This document shows positions 50,046 through 60,320 of a stretch of DNA of 64,000 nt, one piece after another. The stretch lies in assembly GCA_040386535.1 (NCBI GenBank), contig JAZKFH010000017.1:1-64000 (forward strand), in the 5' to 3' direction. How positions within the stretch are numbered: the first letter of the stretch is position 1; each line of letters opens with the position of its first letter. Under the pieces are notes generated by a model. The model made no database searches. It was not told the origin of the DNA and saw only the letters and a list, made by a program, of their open reading frames with translations. The translations under genes were made by a program, and so were the position numbers. The DNA comes from Myxococcota bacterium (lineage in GTDB: Bacteria; Myxococcota_A; UBA796; SXON01).

Positions 50046-51113
50046 ATGGCGAACAAGATCGCGATCGGTGCGCTGGGTGTGGTCGGTGTGCTCGTGGTCG
50101 GGCTCGGAGGAGCCTTCCTCTGGGGCAAGTCGACCGTCGGCGCGAAGCTCGGCACCGTCTACGAGACCCACCGCGCCGACTTCCCGATGCCCTGGCCGCT
50201 CACCGACGCCGAGCTGGACACGCTGCGCCAGGAACACGCCGCCGCAGTGCCTGCCGACGCCGCCGCGCCGTCCGACCCCGCCGTGCCGTCCGATCCCGCC
50301 GCGCCACCGGCCGCGGATCCGCTCGCCGGGCTCGACCTGGACGCCATCGCGACCGAGCGCGCCGTCGCGCGGGGCAAGCACCTCATGGAGGCGCGGTACG
50401 GGTGCACCGACTGCCACGGCGCCGACCTCGGCGGCGGGACGATGGTCGACGCGCCCGCCCTCGGCACCCTGCTCGGGTCGAATCTCACGTCGGGGAAGGG
50501 CAGCCGCACGCTGACCTACACCGCCGCCGACTGGGATCGGGCGGTCCGGCACGGCGTGAAGCCCGACGGCACGCCGACGATCATGCCGTCCGAAGCGTTC
50601 GGCGGGATGTCCGACCAGGAGCTCTCCGACCTCGTCATGTACATCCGCGCGCAGCCCCCGGTGGAGGCCGCGATCGCCCTCCCCACGTGGGGCCCCGTCG
50701 GCACCATGCTCGTCGCGACCGGCAAGATGGTGCCCTGGGCGGCGCAGTACCCCGACCACATGGGCGCACACGCCACCCACCCCCCTGCGACCGCGGACAC
50801 CGCGACGTTCGGTGCCCACCTCGCGCAGACGTGCACGGGCTGCCATCGCGCCGACCTCTCGGGCGGCCCCATGGCTGCGGGCGATCCGAGCTGGCCGCCC
50901 GCCTCCAACCTCACCACGCACGAACAGGGCTTGAAGGGGTGGACCCTGGAGCAGTTCACCGTCACCCTCCGCGAGGCCCGGCGCCCCGACGGCACTCCGC
51001 TGAAGCCGCCGATGAGCGACATCGCGCCCTACGCCGCGAAGATGACGGACGCCGAGCTGCAGGCGTTGTTCGCCTACCTCCAGGCGTTGCCGCCGATGCC
51101 GACGGGCAGCTGA
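50046..51113 (+). CDS. Membrane-anchored diheme c-type cytochrome
   Basis: N-terminal TM; CTDCH and CTGCH; NLT and MP motifs. Confidence 0.9.
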   Translation: MANKIAIGALGVVGVLVVGLGGAFLWGKSTVGAKLGTVYETHRADFPMPWPLTDAELDTLRQEHAAAVPADAAAPSDPAVPSDPAAPPAADPLAGLDLDAIATERAVARGKHLMEARYGCTDCHGADLGGGTMVDAPALGTLLGSNLTSGKGSRTLTYTAADWDRAVRHGVKPDGTPTIMPSEAFGGMSDQELSDLVMYIRAQPPVEAAIALPTWGPVGTMLVATGKMVPWAAQYPDHMGAHATHPPATADTATFGAHLAQTCTGCHRADLSGGPMAAGDPSWPPASNLTTHEQGLKGWTLEQFTVTLREARRPDGTPLKPPMSDIAPYAAKMTDAELQALFAYLQALPPMPTGS

Positions 51114-51163
51114 TCCAGGAGACCGAGGTGCCGGCGATCGACGAAACGTCCGTCGGCTTCTGA

Positions 51164-51688
51164 AAACCGTACTGGCCCGAGGCGGCCATCACCTCGCTCA
51201 ACGAGGCGGGCCTCGCGGTGGTCGCAATCGATCGGCGGGGCGCGGGCGACAGCGAAGGCGAAGCGCGGGACGCCGTGGTGGGCGAGGGCGGGCGCTACGA
51301 CGTGGAGGCCGCCGTGTTGCGGCTCGTCGCCGACGGATACACGCGGGTGTCCCTGCTCGGCGCGTCCAACGGCACCACGAGCTTGATCGACTACGCCGCG
51401 TTCGCCCAGGGCGAGGGCCTCCCGGAGCCGGTGTCCCTCGGGTACCTCTCGGGGGGCAGCTACACCACGACCAACACCCGCATGGACGAGGTGCCGGTCC
51501 TCCCCTCGCTGTTCGTCTACGGCGACGGCGACGCGGACTGGGCCGAGTCCCTCGAAGCCGACAATCCTCCCTCTGCCTGGCAGTTCAAACACGTCGTCGG
51601 TGGCGGGCACGGCACGGACCTGCTCGCGCGCGTCGACCGGGCGGAGACGGTCGATGCGCTCGTCGCGTTCTTCGGCGTGGCGCGGTAG
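51164..51688 (+). pseudogene. Alpha/beta hydrolase lacking its N-terminus
   Basis: IDRRGAGDS, GASNG nucleophile, GHGTD; an in-frame TGA at 51161-51163 precedes it and there is no upstream N-terminal strand or signal. Confidence 0.6.
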
Positions 51689-51706
51689 CCGCGTCGACCC
51701 CGTGGG

Positions 51707-52171
51707 TCAGGGAGTGCCGCCTGGGATCGAGTAGTAGGCACGTCCTGCTACGACCCTGGTCAACAAACCGCTCTGCACGGCCCTGTCCAGAGCCAGGTGC
51801 ACGGACGCCTCGTCGACGTCAAATCCGCGAGAACGGGCGTACCGCACGATCCCGAACGCTCCGATCAGGATGGGTGACGCCGCGCCGTGGTTGAAGTGCC
51901 AGCCGAAGTCCACCTCGGCGCCGTCCAATCGTACCTCGCAGCCTGATCCGTGGAAACGATAGCGGAGTTGGCCCGCCTCATCCTGCACGACTCCGACCCG
52001 TGCCTTCCGGGCGGCGGTGAAGACATCGCCGTAGCGACCCTCCGAGCACGTCACCCCGAGGCTCTCGGCGATTCGGGCCAGGGAGGCCTGCGCAGTGAGC
52101 CGGAAGTCCCGGAGGAGAGTTGGCAGCTCCCGTTCGAACAGTCCCGCGTGCACGTCGGCAGCTTCACCCAC
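51707..52171 (-). CDS. Hypothetical protein (DUF6896-like)
   Basis: YRFHGSGC...VDF motif. Confidence 0.6.
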   Translation of the reverse strand: MGEAADVHAGLFERELPTLLRDFRLTAQASLARIAESLGVTCSEGRYGDVFTAARKARVGVVQDEAGQLRYRFHGSGCEVRLDGAEVDFGWHFNHGAASPILIGAFGIVRYARSRGFDVDEASVHLALDRAVQSGLLTRVVAGRAYYSIPGGTP

Positions 52172-52307
52172 GAGCCCAGCCTATCGTACGGCACCCGCAT
52201 CGTAGGGTCCTTGGACGCTGGGATCGGCCGCCGCTCGCCTCTCCACCCCCGCCGCCGCACCGGCGCGCCCGGCGCGTCCGGGTGCCCAGTCGCTTACGTT
52301 GGGAAAC

Positions 52308-53984
52308 ATGCACCCGCGCTGGACCCCGGCCTTCTCCCTCGATCGTGTGCCCGTCGGCGGCGCGCGCCTCTACAAGTCGGACGCCACGCAGGTGGCCGTG
52401 TTCCACCGGGCGGAGGGCGTGTACGCGATCGACAACCGGTGCCCGCACCAGGGGTACCCCCTGCTGCAAGGGACGGTGAGCGGGTGCATCGTCACGTGCC
52501 AATGGCACAACTTCAAGTTCGACCTGCGCGACGGCGCCTGTGTCCTCGGGGAAGAGGCCGTCCGGAGCTACCCGGTGCGCGTGGTGGACGGGCAGGTGGA
52601 GATCGATCTGTCGCCGTCGCCGTCGCTGCTCGCGGGGCTCTGGGCCGATCTGGCGACCGCGATGGAACGGCACGAGGCCGGCCGGATCGCGCGAAACGTC
52701 GTGCGGCTGCTGGATCTCGGGGTGACCGCCGCGGAGCTGGCCCGCGTGGGTGCCACGTTCGACGCCGCCCACGGCGACTACGGGCCCTCCCACGCGCTCC
52801 CGTTAGCTGCCGAGGTCGCGGCCGGCACTCCGACGGGCTCGGGCGAGCAGTGGCCGGCGCTGCCCATCGTGCAGACGCTCGACCTCGCCGCGCGGAGCAC
52901 CGTCCGGATGCCGGTGCGCGCGGTGCCCGATCCGGTCGATCCCGGCGACGATCCGGTCGAGGCGGGCGCCCGGGTCCGCGCCCTCGTCGAGGGCGAGCGG
53001 GGCGCCGAGGCCGAGGCGCTCGTACGGGGGGCGGTCGCGCGGGGGTGGGGGCGGGCCGAGCTGCAGCCCTGGTTCTTCCAGCTGTGCGCGGACCACTTCC
53101 TCGACTTCGGGCACGCGCTCATCTACAGCGTGAAGGTGTTCGATCTGCTCGACGCCGCCCCCTCGCGTCAGGACGCCGGGACGCTGCTCGGGGCCCTCGT
53201 GTGGGGCCTCACCAACGGCACCCGCGAAGATCTGCTGCCCCCCTGGTCCGGCTGGCGGCGTCGCATCGCGGGGCTGCTCCCGCCCACCGCCGGCCCACTC
53301 CCGCTCGACGCCCTCGTGGACGCCGAGCCCCCGGCCGCCTTTGCGCTCGTGGCCGCCTCCGCCGATCCCCTCGACGCCATCGCCATCGCCGCCGCCGAGC
53401 GCCTCCTCCGCTTCGACCCCGCCATCGACGCCGACGCCACCGTGTCCGAGGGCTGGCTCGACGTGACGCACACGCTCACCTTCGTCAACGCGGTGCGACA
53501 TGCGCGCCGCCACGGGACGCCGGACCTTGCCCGGTTGTGCCTCCAGGCCGCCCACTTCGTCGCGATCACGCGCGCGCTCGACGGGCCCCGGTGTGCCGTC
53601 GCGCCAGTCGCCCCCACGATCGAGCCCGCCTCGATCGAGCCCGCCTCGATCGAAGACGTGGTCGACGCCGTGGGCACCCGCCGCCCCGACGCCGTCGCGC
53701 GCGCGGCCGGCTGCCTCCAGGATCACGGCCTGGGCGTCCTCGCCGCGGCGCTCGAAGCCCGGGTGTGGCGCGACCACGCGACGCGCGCGGTCATCCTCGC
53801 CCACCAGGTGAAGACGCTTCGGGCCGGCACCGAGGAGGCCATGGCCACCGGCGACACGCGGCCCTTCCTCGCCGCGGTGCGCTTCCTCGCGGCCCCGGTG
53901 CGCGAGCGGAACGTCGAGCGGGTGGTGGAGGAGGCCATCGCCCTGGTCCGCCACGGGCGCCCGCCGCGGTCGCGGGTGTCGTGA
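52308..53984 (+). CDS. Rieske [2Fe-2S] domain protein with a long helical C-terminal region
   Basis: DNRCPH...TCQWH; DFGHALIY and HTLTFVNA motifs. Confidence 0.85.
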   Translation: MHPRWTPAFSLDRVPVGGARLYKSDATQVAVFHRAEGVYAIDNRCPHQGYPLLQGTVSGCIVTCQWHNFKFDLRDGACVLGEEAVRSYPVRVVDGQVEIDLSPSPSLLAGLWADLATAMERHEAGRIARNVVRLLDLGVTAAELARVGATFDAAHGDYGPSHALPLAAEVAAGTPTGSGEQWPALPIVQTLDLAARSTVRMPVRAVPDPVDPGDDPVEAGARVRALVEGERGAEAEALVRGAVARGWGRAELQPWFFQLCADHFLDFGHALIYSVKVFDLLDAAPSRQDAGTLLGALVWGLTNGTREDLLPPWSGWRRRIAGLLPPTAGPLPLDALVDAEPPAAFALVAASADPLDAIAIAAAERLLRFDPAIDADATVSEGWLDVTHTLTFVNAVRHARRHGTPDLARLCLQAAHFVAITRALDGPRCAVAPVAPTIEPASIEPASIEDVVDAVGTRRPDAVARAAGCLQDHGLGVLAAALEARVWRDHATRAVILAHQVKTLRAGTEEAMATGDTRPFLAAVRFLAAPVRERNVERVVEEAIALVRHGRPPRSRVS

Positions 53985-54018
53985 TGCGCGCACGGTAGCT
54001 GGGAGCTCCCCCGCCCGC

Positions 54019-55284
54019 CTACACGGCCGCCGCCGCCTCCGGAGCGACCTCCGCCGCTCGCGCCCGATCGAAGAACGCCCCCACACACAACACCACCCCG
54101 CCCACGAGCGTCACGGCACCGGCCGCCGCCGCGAACGTGCCGACCAGCGCGTCGTTCTGCATGAGCTTGTCCAGCAGGGTCGCGAAGAGGCCGCACGCGG
54201 GCAACACCGCCGCGCCGATCGCCGCCACGCGCCAGTGCACGCCCGCCACGATGCGCGCCTGGATCCCGGCGAACAGCAGGGGCTCTCCGATGCCGGACAG
54301 GAGCTGCGTCAGGTACATGGGCGCCGCCCCGGCGAACACCCCGCCGAACACGGATGGCAGCAGCCCCGCCCCGACGATGAGCGCGCCCACCCCCGCCACG
54401 GCGAGCGCCGGCACCCGGAAACCGGCCAGCCCCAGGCCGCCGATGATCGCGGCGCACACCGAGCCGGTCACGATGACGGTCAGCGGGTTGATCCACGTGA
54501 ACAGGAACGAGCTGAAGACGTAGGAGTCGCTGGATAGGCGCCACTGCAGCTCGATGCCGCAGTTCCACGCCGTGTAGGCGAGCAACGCGATGCCCGCGGT
54601 GATCCCGGCGCCGATCAGCGCGCGCGGCACAAGGCCCTCGGCGAGCTGCGCCGGGGACTCGGGCGGGCGCAGGAGGTGCAGGATCAGCAGGGCGACGGCG
54701 GGCACGAGGGCGACGACCGCGATCAACGTGGCGATGACGACGGTGGCCGACGGGCCGAACGCGTTGCCGATCCAACTGAAGGGGCGTGTCGCCATCGCGC
54801 CCAGGTTGACCGCCACGTACATCAGCATGAACATCGCCACGCGGGTGGACTCGCGGCGCGGCCCGCGCGCGAGGGCGGCGGCGGCGCCCACGTTGAACAT
54901 GTACCGCCCGATGGCGACGACCACCACGCCCGCCTCGAACCCCCCGAAGGTTTGGAGCGCCAAGCCCAGGATGAAGGCCACCACCCCGGCGGTCATCGCG
55001 CTCGCGCCTCCCGCCGCGGCGGCGAGCGCCGCTCCCGCCACGATCCCGCCGAACCCGGCGAACGTCCCCAGGCTGGACAGGGTGGCCGTGTCGATGCCGC
55101 GGTCCATGGCGAACAGGTAGTAGTTCGAACGCGACAGGTACCAGGCGAGGCCGAAGATCAGCGACACGATCGGCACGGTGACGATGGTGACCCATCGGGT
55201 GAGCGCCGCGTTGGGCGGGGTGCCGTCAGGAGCGGTGGGCGCCCCGGGGGCGGAGTCGGAAAATCCGTAGGGGTCGACGCTCAC
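54019..55284 (-). CDS. MFS transporter, POT/PTR-like
   Basis: About 12 TMs; YVAVNLGA, INPL, GIGE resemble POT family motifs. Confidence 0.65.
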   Translation of the reverse strand: MSVDPYGFSDSAPGAPTAPDGTPPNAALTRWVTIVTVPIVSLIFGLAWYLSRSNYYLFAMDRGIDTATLSSLGTFAGFGGIVAGAALAAAAGGASAMTAGVVAFILGLALQTFGGFEAGVVVVAIGRYMFNVGAAAALARGPRRESTRVAMFMLMYVAVNLGAMATRPFSWIGNAFGPSATVVIATLIAVVALVPAVALLILHLLRPPESPAQLAEGLVPRALIGAGITAGIALLAYTAWNCGIELQWRLSSDSYVFSSFLFTWINPLTVIVTGSVCAAIIGGLGLAGFRVPALAVAGVGALIVGAGLLPSVFGGVFAGAAPMYLTQLLSGIGEPLLFAGIQARIVAGVHWRVAAIGAAVLPACGLFATLLDKLMQNDALVGTFAAAAGAVTLVGGVVLCVGAFFDRARAAEVAPEAAAAV

Positions 55285-55433
55285 GGGGCTCCCGGCCCGG
55301 GGAGCTCGGGCGGTGCGGCCACCGATAACGCCGAGAGACGGCGGCGTCTGTCGGCACGGTCCACGGCCGGACCTCGTGATCCGCGCGATCGATGCGGCCC
55401 CGCGCTATCGTGCGCCCCTGACCGGAGCTCCCG

Positions 55434-55796
55434 ATGTTCGTCCGCCTGCTTCCCCTGCTCGCCCTCGTCGCGTGCGGCGGGACGCTCTCCACCTCCTCCA
55501 GCACCTGCAGCTACGACGACATCGACGGGATCTGCACCTTCACCAACGTCACCCCCGACGCGCAGGTGACCTTCGACTTCTGGTCGAACGACCTGTCGGT
55601 GAACGACACGGGCAGCGTGCTCATCGGTGACGAAGGCACGGCCCCCGACCAGGCGTGCATCGACGAGCTCGGGATCGAGCTCGACGACACGGTCTACTGC
55701 TCACGGAGCGTGCTCACGGAGAGCGGCGGGGACGGCGACTGCGCGCCCGTCGAGTGGGAGTTCGACGACTTCGAGACGCGGGACTGCGAGCACTGA
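55434..55796 (+). CDS. Cys-rich acidic lipoprotein
   Basis: RBS GGAG; LVAC lipobox. Confidence 0.8.
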   Translation: MFVRLLPLLALVACGGTLSTSSSTCSYDDIDGICTFTNVTPDAQVTFDFWSNDLSVNDTGSVLIGDEGTAPDQACIDELGIELDDTVYCSRSVLTESGGDGDCAPVEWEFDDFETRDCEH

Positions 55797-55839
55797 TCGG
55801 CCGCGGTGAGCGTACTGATGCGCGGTGGTCGCCTGAGCC

Positions 55840-55854
55840 TGGAATCGAGCTTGC
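55840..55854 (+). promoter_or_regulatory. Possible sigma54 promoter
   Basis: TGGAATCGAGCTTGC (GG-N10-GC with TTGC) 31 nt upstream of 55886. Confidence 0.4.
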
Positions 55855-55885
55855 GTTTGCACCCCCGTCCTAGCAGGATGCCGCG

Positions 55886-58882
55886 ATGCGACTGCTCCTC
55901 CTTCCGGTCTCCGTTCTGTTGATCCTCGCCTGCGCCGGTGGCGGCAAGGGCGACGATGACGGCGGGGGCGACGACCCTCCCGGGATCTTCGAGGACCAGG
56001 ACGTCGACGACGACGGCTACGACTACGACGACGACTGCAACGACGACGTTGCGAGCGTGAACCCCGGCGCCCAGGAGGTGTGTGGCCCCGGCGATGTCGA
56101 CGAGAACTGCAATGGCCTCGCCGACAACGAGGATCCGGACCTCGTGGGCGGGATCACCGGGTACCCCGACCGCGACGGGTATGGCTACGGGGACGCGAGC
56201 ACCCCCACCACGCTCTGCGAGGGGATCGCCGGGTACACGACCGACGCCAGCGATTGTGACGACGCCGACCCCGCCGTGCACCCCGGGGCTACCGAGCGCT
56301 GTGACGACGCAAACGTAGACGAGGACTGCGACGGCGGCGCCGACAACGCCGACCCGGAGGGGGGCGAAGGAGAGTTCGTCGCCTATGAGGACGCGGACGG
56401 GGACGGCTTCGGCACGGTCTCCGGGTCCGTGTGCGACCTGGTGGACGGTTGGGCGGACGCGGACGGTGACTGTGACGACGGCGACGGGACGATCAACCCG
56501 GACGCCGACGAGACCTGCGACGGCGACGACGACAACTGCGATGGCGCGATCGACGAGAACGCGGTCGACGCCGATACCTGGTACCAGGATCGGGACCGGG
56601 ACGACTACGGCAGCGACACGTCGCAACGCGCCTGCGCGGAGCCCACCGGGTACACCGCCACCGACGGGGACTGCGACGACGACGACGCGACCAGCCACCC
56701 CGGCGGCAGCGAGGTGTGCGACGACGCCGACAACGACTGCGACGGCACGGCCGACGACTCGGCCTCCGACGCGCCCACCTGGTACGTCGACAGCGACGGG
56801 GACACCTACGGCACGACCTCCGGCACCCGCGTCGAGTGCGACCGGCCCGCCGGCTACGCCGCCAACGACGACGACTGCAACGATGCGTCGAGCGCGATCT
56901 CGCCCGCGGACACCGAGATCTGCGACGCCGGCTCCGTCGACGAGGACTGTGACGGCGTCGCGGACGACGCCGACACCAGCGTGAGCGGGCGCACCACCTG
57001 GTACGTCGACGCCGACGGGGACACCTACGGCAACACGTCCTCCACGCGCACCGCCTGCGACCGGCCTGTCGGCTACATCACCACCGGCGGCGACTGCAAC
57101 GACGCCTCGGCCACCATCAGCCCCGCGGCCACCGAGGTCTGCGACACTGCGAACACCGACGAGGACTGCGACAGCCGCGCGGACGACAGCGACACCTCGA
57201 CCTCCGCGGCCAGCAAATTCTCCTGGTACTACGACTACGACTCCGACGGGTACGGGTACAGCCTCTACTACACCCAGTGCGACTCGCCGGGCTCCACCTA
57301 CGTCTCCAGCGGCGGGGACTGCTCCCAGTTCGACGGCGCCGTGAGCCCCGGCGGTACCGAGGCGTGCAACGGCCGGGACGACGACTGCGACAGCCTCGTC
57401 GACGAGGCCGATCCCTCGCTGGTGGCCGACACCTGGTACGCGGATCTCGACGGGGACGGCCACGGGGACCCCGCCGGCGCCACGGCCGTCGATTGCACCG
57501 TGCCGGTCGGGTACGGCGAGCCCGACGACTGCGATGACGCGGACGCGAACATGCACCCGGACGCCGAGGAGGGCTGCTTCGACGGGATCGACAGCGACTG
57601 CGACGGCATCGATCGGTGCACGGGAACGACCACGGCGGACGCCACGGCGCACTTCACCGACAGCTTCACCTTCGCGTCGTCCGTGGCCTTCGTGGGCGAC
57701 GTGGACGGCGACGGGGTGAAGGACCTCGCCGTCGCCGACATGGCCGAGGGCAGCTTCCTGGGCGGCATCTACCTGTACTCCGGGGCGGACACCGGCACCT
57801 TCACCCAGTCGGACGCGATGGTGAGCAACACCAGCGTCGGCACCGACGTGTACGGGTACGGCGCTTCCTGGCTCCTCGTGGTGGACGACGTGAACGGGGA
57901 TGGCATCGAGGACCTCTGGACCGGCGCCCCGCGCGAGAGTTGGGTCAGCTCCAGCTCTGATGGCGCGGCCTACCTGCTCGACGGCGCCGACCTCTCCCAG
58001 ATCGCGGTGATCTCGGCCGCCGAAACGGGAAGCTCCTTCGGCATCTCCGCCGCGAGCCTCGGCGACTGGGACGGAGACGGCGACGAGGACGTGATGATCG
58101 GCGCCCCGGACGCGTACGTTTCGGGTGTCTACGGCGGCGTGTACATCCTCGACGCCGCCCAGACCGCCAACGGCGCCGCGGTCTCCACCGTCGCAACGAC
58201 CAGGTTCTACTCGAGCGACGGGTCGATCCAGCCGGGCGGCAGCGTCTGCGACCTCGGAGACACCGACGGGGACGGTGTGAACGACCTCGGCCTCTCCTCG
58301 GAGTACACCGACTCGGGCTACGGCATCGTCCTGTACACCGGCGGCGTCGTGACCGGCAGCGTCGACGTGGCCGGCGAACCGCGGCTCACCGGGCTCGCCT
58401 TCCTGAGCTGCGGCGGCGGCGACGGTGACGGCGACGGTTACAACGACCTCGCCGTCGCGACCTACGACTCGTCGTTCGGACAACACCGCGCCTACCTCGT
58501 CCCCGGCCCGTTCTCCGGCTCGAGGCCGGTGAGGACGGCAGCAAGCGCCGTGCTGACCGGCGGCGGCGGCTACGGAACGCTCGGACAGGTGGGCATGGAG
58601 GACGTCGACGGCGACGGCCGCGCCGAGTGGATCGTGGGGAGCCCGTTCGAGGACGAGGGCCCCTCCCGCGAGGTCGGGAAGTGGCTGGCCCTGGACGGCG
58701 GGCTCACCGGCACGGTGACCAGCGCGGACGCCGCGGTCGTCCTCCGCGGGGCCGCGGTCTCCAACGAGCTCGGCGAGAACTGGATCGTCGGGGACCTCGA
58801 GGGTGACGGCGTCGCGGAGGTGTTCGTCACGGGCACGAACACCTACGAGGCGTGGCTCTTCTCGCTCGCCGACCTGCCGTGA
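55886..58882 (+). CDS. Lipoprotein with 8 MopE-like repeats and an FG-GAP beta-propeller
   Basis: ILAC lipobox; WYxDxDGDxYG...DCDD...PG.E.CD repeats; GDVDGDG FG-GAP repeats. Confidence 0.9.
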   Translation: MRLLLLPVSVLLILACAGGGKGDDDGGGDDPPGIFEDQDVDDDGYDYDDDCNDDVASVNPGAQEVCGPGDVDENCNGLADNEDPDLVGGITGYPDRDGYGYGDASTPTTLCEGIAGYTTDASDCDDADPAVHPGATERCDDANVDEDCDGGADNADPEGGEGEFVAYEDADGDGFGTVSGSVCDLVDGWADADGDCDDGDGTINPDADETCDGDDDNCDGAIDENAVDADTWYQDRDRDDYGSDTSQRACAEPTGYTATDGDCDDDDATSHPGGSEVCDDADNDCDGTADDSASDAPTWYVDSDGDTYGTTSGTRVECDRPAGYAANDDDCNDASSAISPADTEICDAGSVDEDCDGVADDADTSVSGRTTWYVDADGDTYGNTSSTRTACDRPVGYITTGGDCNDASATISPAATEVCDTANTDEDCDSRADDSDTSTSAASKFSWYYDYDSDGYGYSLYYTQCDSPGSTYVSSGGDCSQFDGAVSPGGTEACNGRDDDCDSLVDEADPSLVADTWYADLDGDGHGDPAGATAVDCTVPVGYGEPDDCDDADANMHPDAEEGCFDGIDSDCDGIDRCTGTTTADATAHFTDSFTFASSVAFVGDVDGDGVKDLAVADMAEGSFLGGIYLYSGADTGTFTQSDAMVSNTSVGTDVYGYGASWLLVVDDVNGDGIEDLWTGAPRESWVSSSSDGAAYLLDGADLSQIAVISAAETGSSFGISAASLGDWDGDGDEDVMIGAPDAYVSGVYGGVYILDAAQTANGAAVSTVATTRFYSSDGSIQPGGSVCDLGDTDGDGVNDLGLSSEYTDSGYGIVLYTGGVVTGSVDVAGEPRLTGLAFLSCGGGDGDGDGYNDLAVATYDSSFGQHRAYLVPGPFSGSRPVRTAASAVLTGGGGYGTLGQVGMEDVDGDGRAEWIVGSPFEDEGPSREVGKWLALDGGLTGTVTSADAAVVLRGAAVSNELGENWIVGDLEGDGVAEVFVTGTNTYEAWLFSLADLP

Positions 58883-58908
58883 GCCGGGCCTGGCGCGAGG
58901 CTTGACCG

Positions 58909-58966
58909 GGGCGCGGTCGGCGCCGCCCTGGGAGCCGGGCACCGCGCCCAACGTTGGTCGCCCAAA
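58909..58966 (+). repeat. REP-like hairpin repeat, family B, copy 3
   Basis: GGGCGCGGTCGGCGCC-GCCCTG-GGAGCCGGGCACCGCGCCCAACGTTGGTCGCCCAAA. Confidence 0.8.
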
Positions 58967-58985
58967 GCCCTCTTGGCAAATCGCC

Positions 58986-60320
58986 CTACTTCCCCACCAC
59001 CCCCTCCATCCCCACCAACGCCGGCCCCAACCCCGACGCCTCGTCCGTGCGCTGACGCAGGAACGCGCGGATGGGCTCGATGCGGGCGATGGCCTGGTCC
59101 ACCTCGGGGCTCGCGCCCGCGCGGTACACACCCAGGCGAACCAACTCTTCGTTCTCGGACCACGTGGCAAGGAGGCGGCGCATCTTCTGGGCCGCGTCGC
59201 GGTGGGGGCGCGTTGTCACGTTCGGCATGACACGGCTGATGCTCTGGAGCACGTCCACGGCGGGGAATTGGCCCTGCGCCGCGATCCGGCGGGAGAGGAC
59301 CACGTGGCCGTCCACGATGCCGCGGACGGCGTCGCCGATGGGGTCCTGCATGTCGTCGCCGTCGACCAACACGGCGTAGAGCGCGGTGACGCTGCCGCTG
59401 CCGTCCACGCCGGGGCCGGCGCGCTCGAGCAGGCGCGGGAGGAGGCCGAACACGGAGGGGGTGTAACCTTTGGTGGTCGGGGGCTCGCCGGTGGCGAGGC
59501 CGATCTGGCGCTGGGCCATCGCGAGGCGGGTGACACTGTCCATGAAGAACATCACGTCGTTGCCTTCGTCGCGGAGGTAGTCGGCGATGGTGGCGGCGAC
59601 GAACGCACCGCGGACCTGGAGCACCGGGGACTTGTCCGAGGTCACGACGACGACGACCGAGCGGGCGAGGCCCTCGGGGCCCAACACGTCTTCGAGGAAC
59701 TCGCGGACTTCGCGGCCGCGTTCCCCGATGAGGGCGATGACGTTCACGTCCGCGGCGGAGCGGCGCGCGATCATGCCGAGCAGGGTGCTCTTGCCGACGC
59801 CGGAGCCGGCCATGAGGCCCACACGCTGGCCGCGGCCGAGGGTGAGGAGGCCGTCGAGCACGCGCACGCCGGTCTCGAGGGGCTGGCGGATGACGGTGCG
59901 GCGGAGCGGATCGGGGGGCGGGGCGTGGAGCGGGCGACGGGTGACGAAGCCGAGGGGGCCCTTGCCGTCGATGGGCTCGCCCATGCCGTCGAGCACGCGG
60001 CCGCGCAGGCCCGCGCCGACCGAGACGGTGGGCATGTCCCCCACGGTGTCGACCCGCGCGCCGTAGCGGATGCCGTCGGTGGTCCCAAATGGCATCAACA
60101 GGGCGTGGTGGCCGCGGAAGCCGACGGTCTCCGCGGGCCCGCCGCCCTCGACGTGACACACCTCCCCCACCCGCGCGCCGGGCAGCTCTGCTTCGAGCAG
60201 CGTGCCGACCAGCTTGACGACCCGGCCGCTGCGCTTGCGCACCGGGATGTCACGCAACGTGCTACCAAGGGCACCAAGTCCCAAGCCACCACCCGCGCCA
60301 CCACCGACGGCGGCGGTCAA
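58986..60320 (-). CDS. fliI: Flagellar export ATPase FliI
   Basis: AGSGVGKS, ALIGERGREV, DSVTRLAMAQR, GEPPTTKGY, DGHVVLSR; TTGA overlap with fliH. Confidence 0.92.
   Translation of the reverse strand: MTAAVGGGAGGGLGLGALGSTLRDIPVRKRSGRVVKLVGTLLEAELPGARVGEVCHVEGGGPAETVGFRGHHALLMPFGTTDGIRYGARVDTVGDMPTVSVGAGLRGRVLDGMGEPIDGKGPLGFVTRRPLHAPPPDPLRRTVIRQPLETGVRVLDGLLTLGRGQRVGLMAGSGVGKSTLLGMIARRSAADVNVIALIGERGREVREFLEDVLGPEGLARSVVVVVTSDKSPVLQVRGAFVAATIADYLRDEGNDVMFFMDSVTRLAMAQRQIGLATGEPPTTKGYTPSVFGLLPRLLERAGPGVDGSGSVTALYAVLVDGDDMQDPIGDAVRGIVDGHVVLSRRIAAQGQFPAVDVLQSISRVMPNVTTRPHRDAAQKMRRLLATWSENEELVRLGVYRAGASPEVDQAIARIEPIRAFLRQRTDEASGLGPALVGMEGVVGK

Noticed and set aside
51120..51220. Selenocysteine readthrough of the TGA at 51161
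   Set aside because: Not at a Cys-equivalent catalytic position, and the upstream peptide does not resemble a hydrolase N-terminus; truncation is simpler
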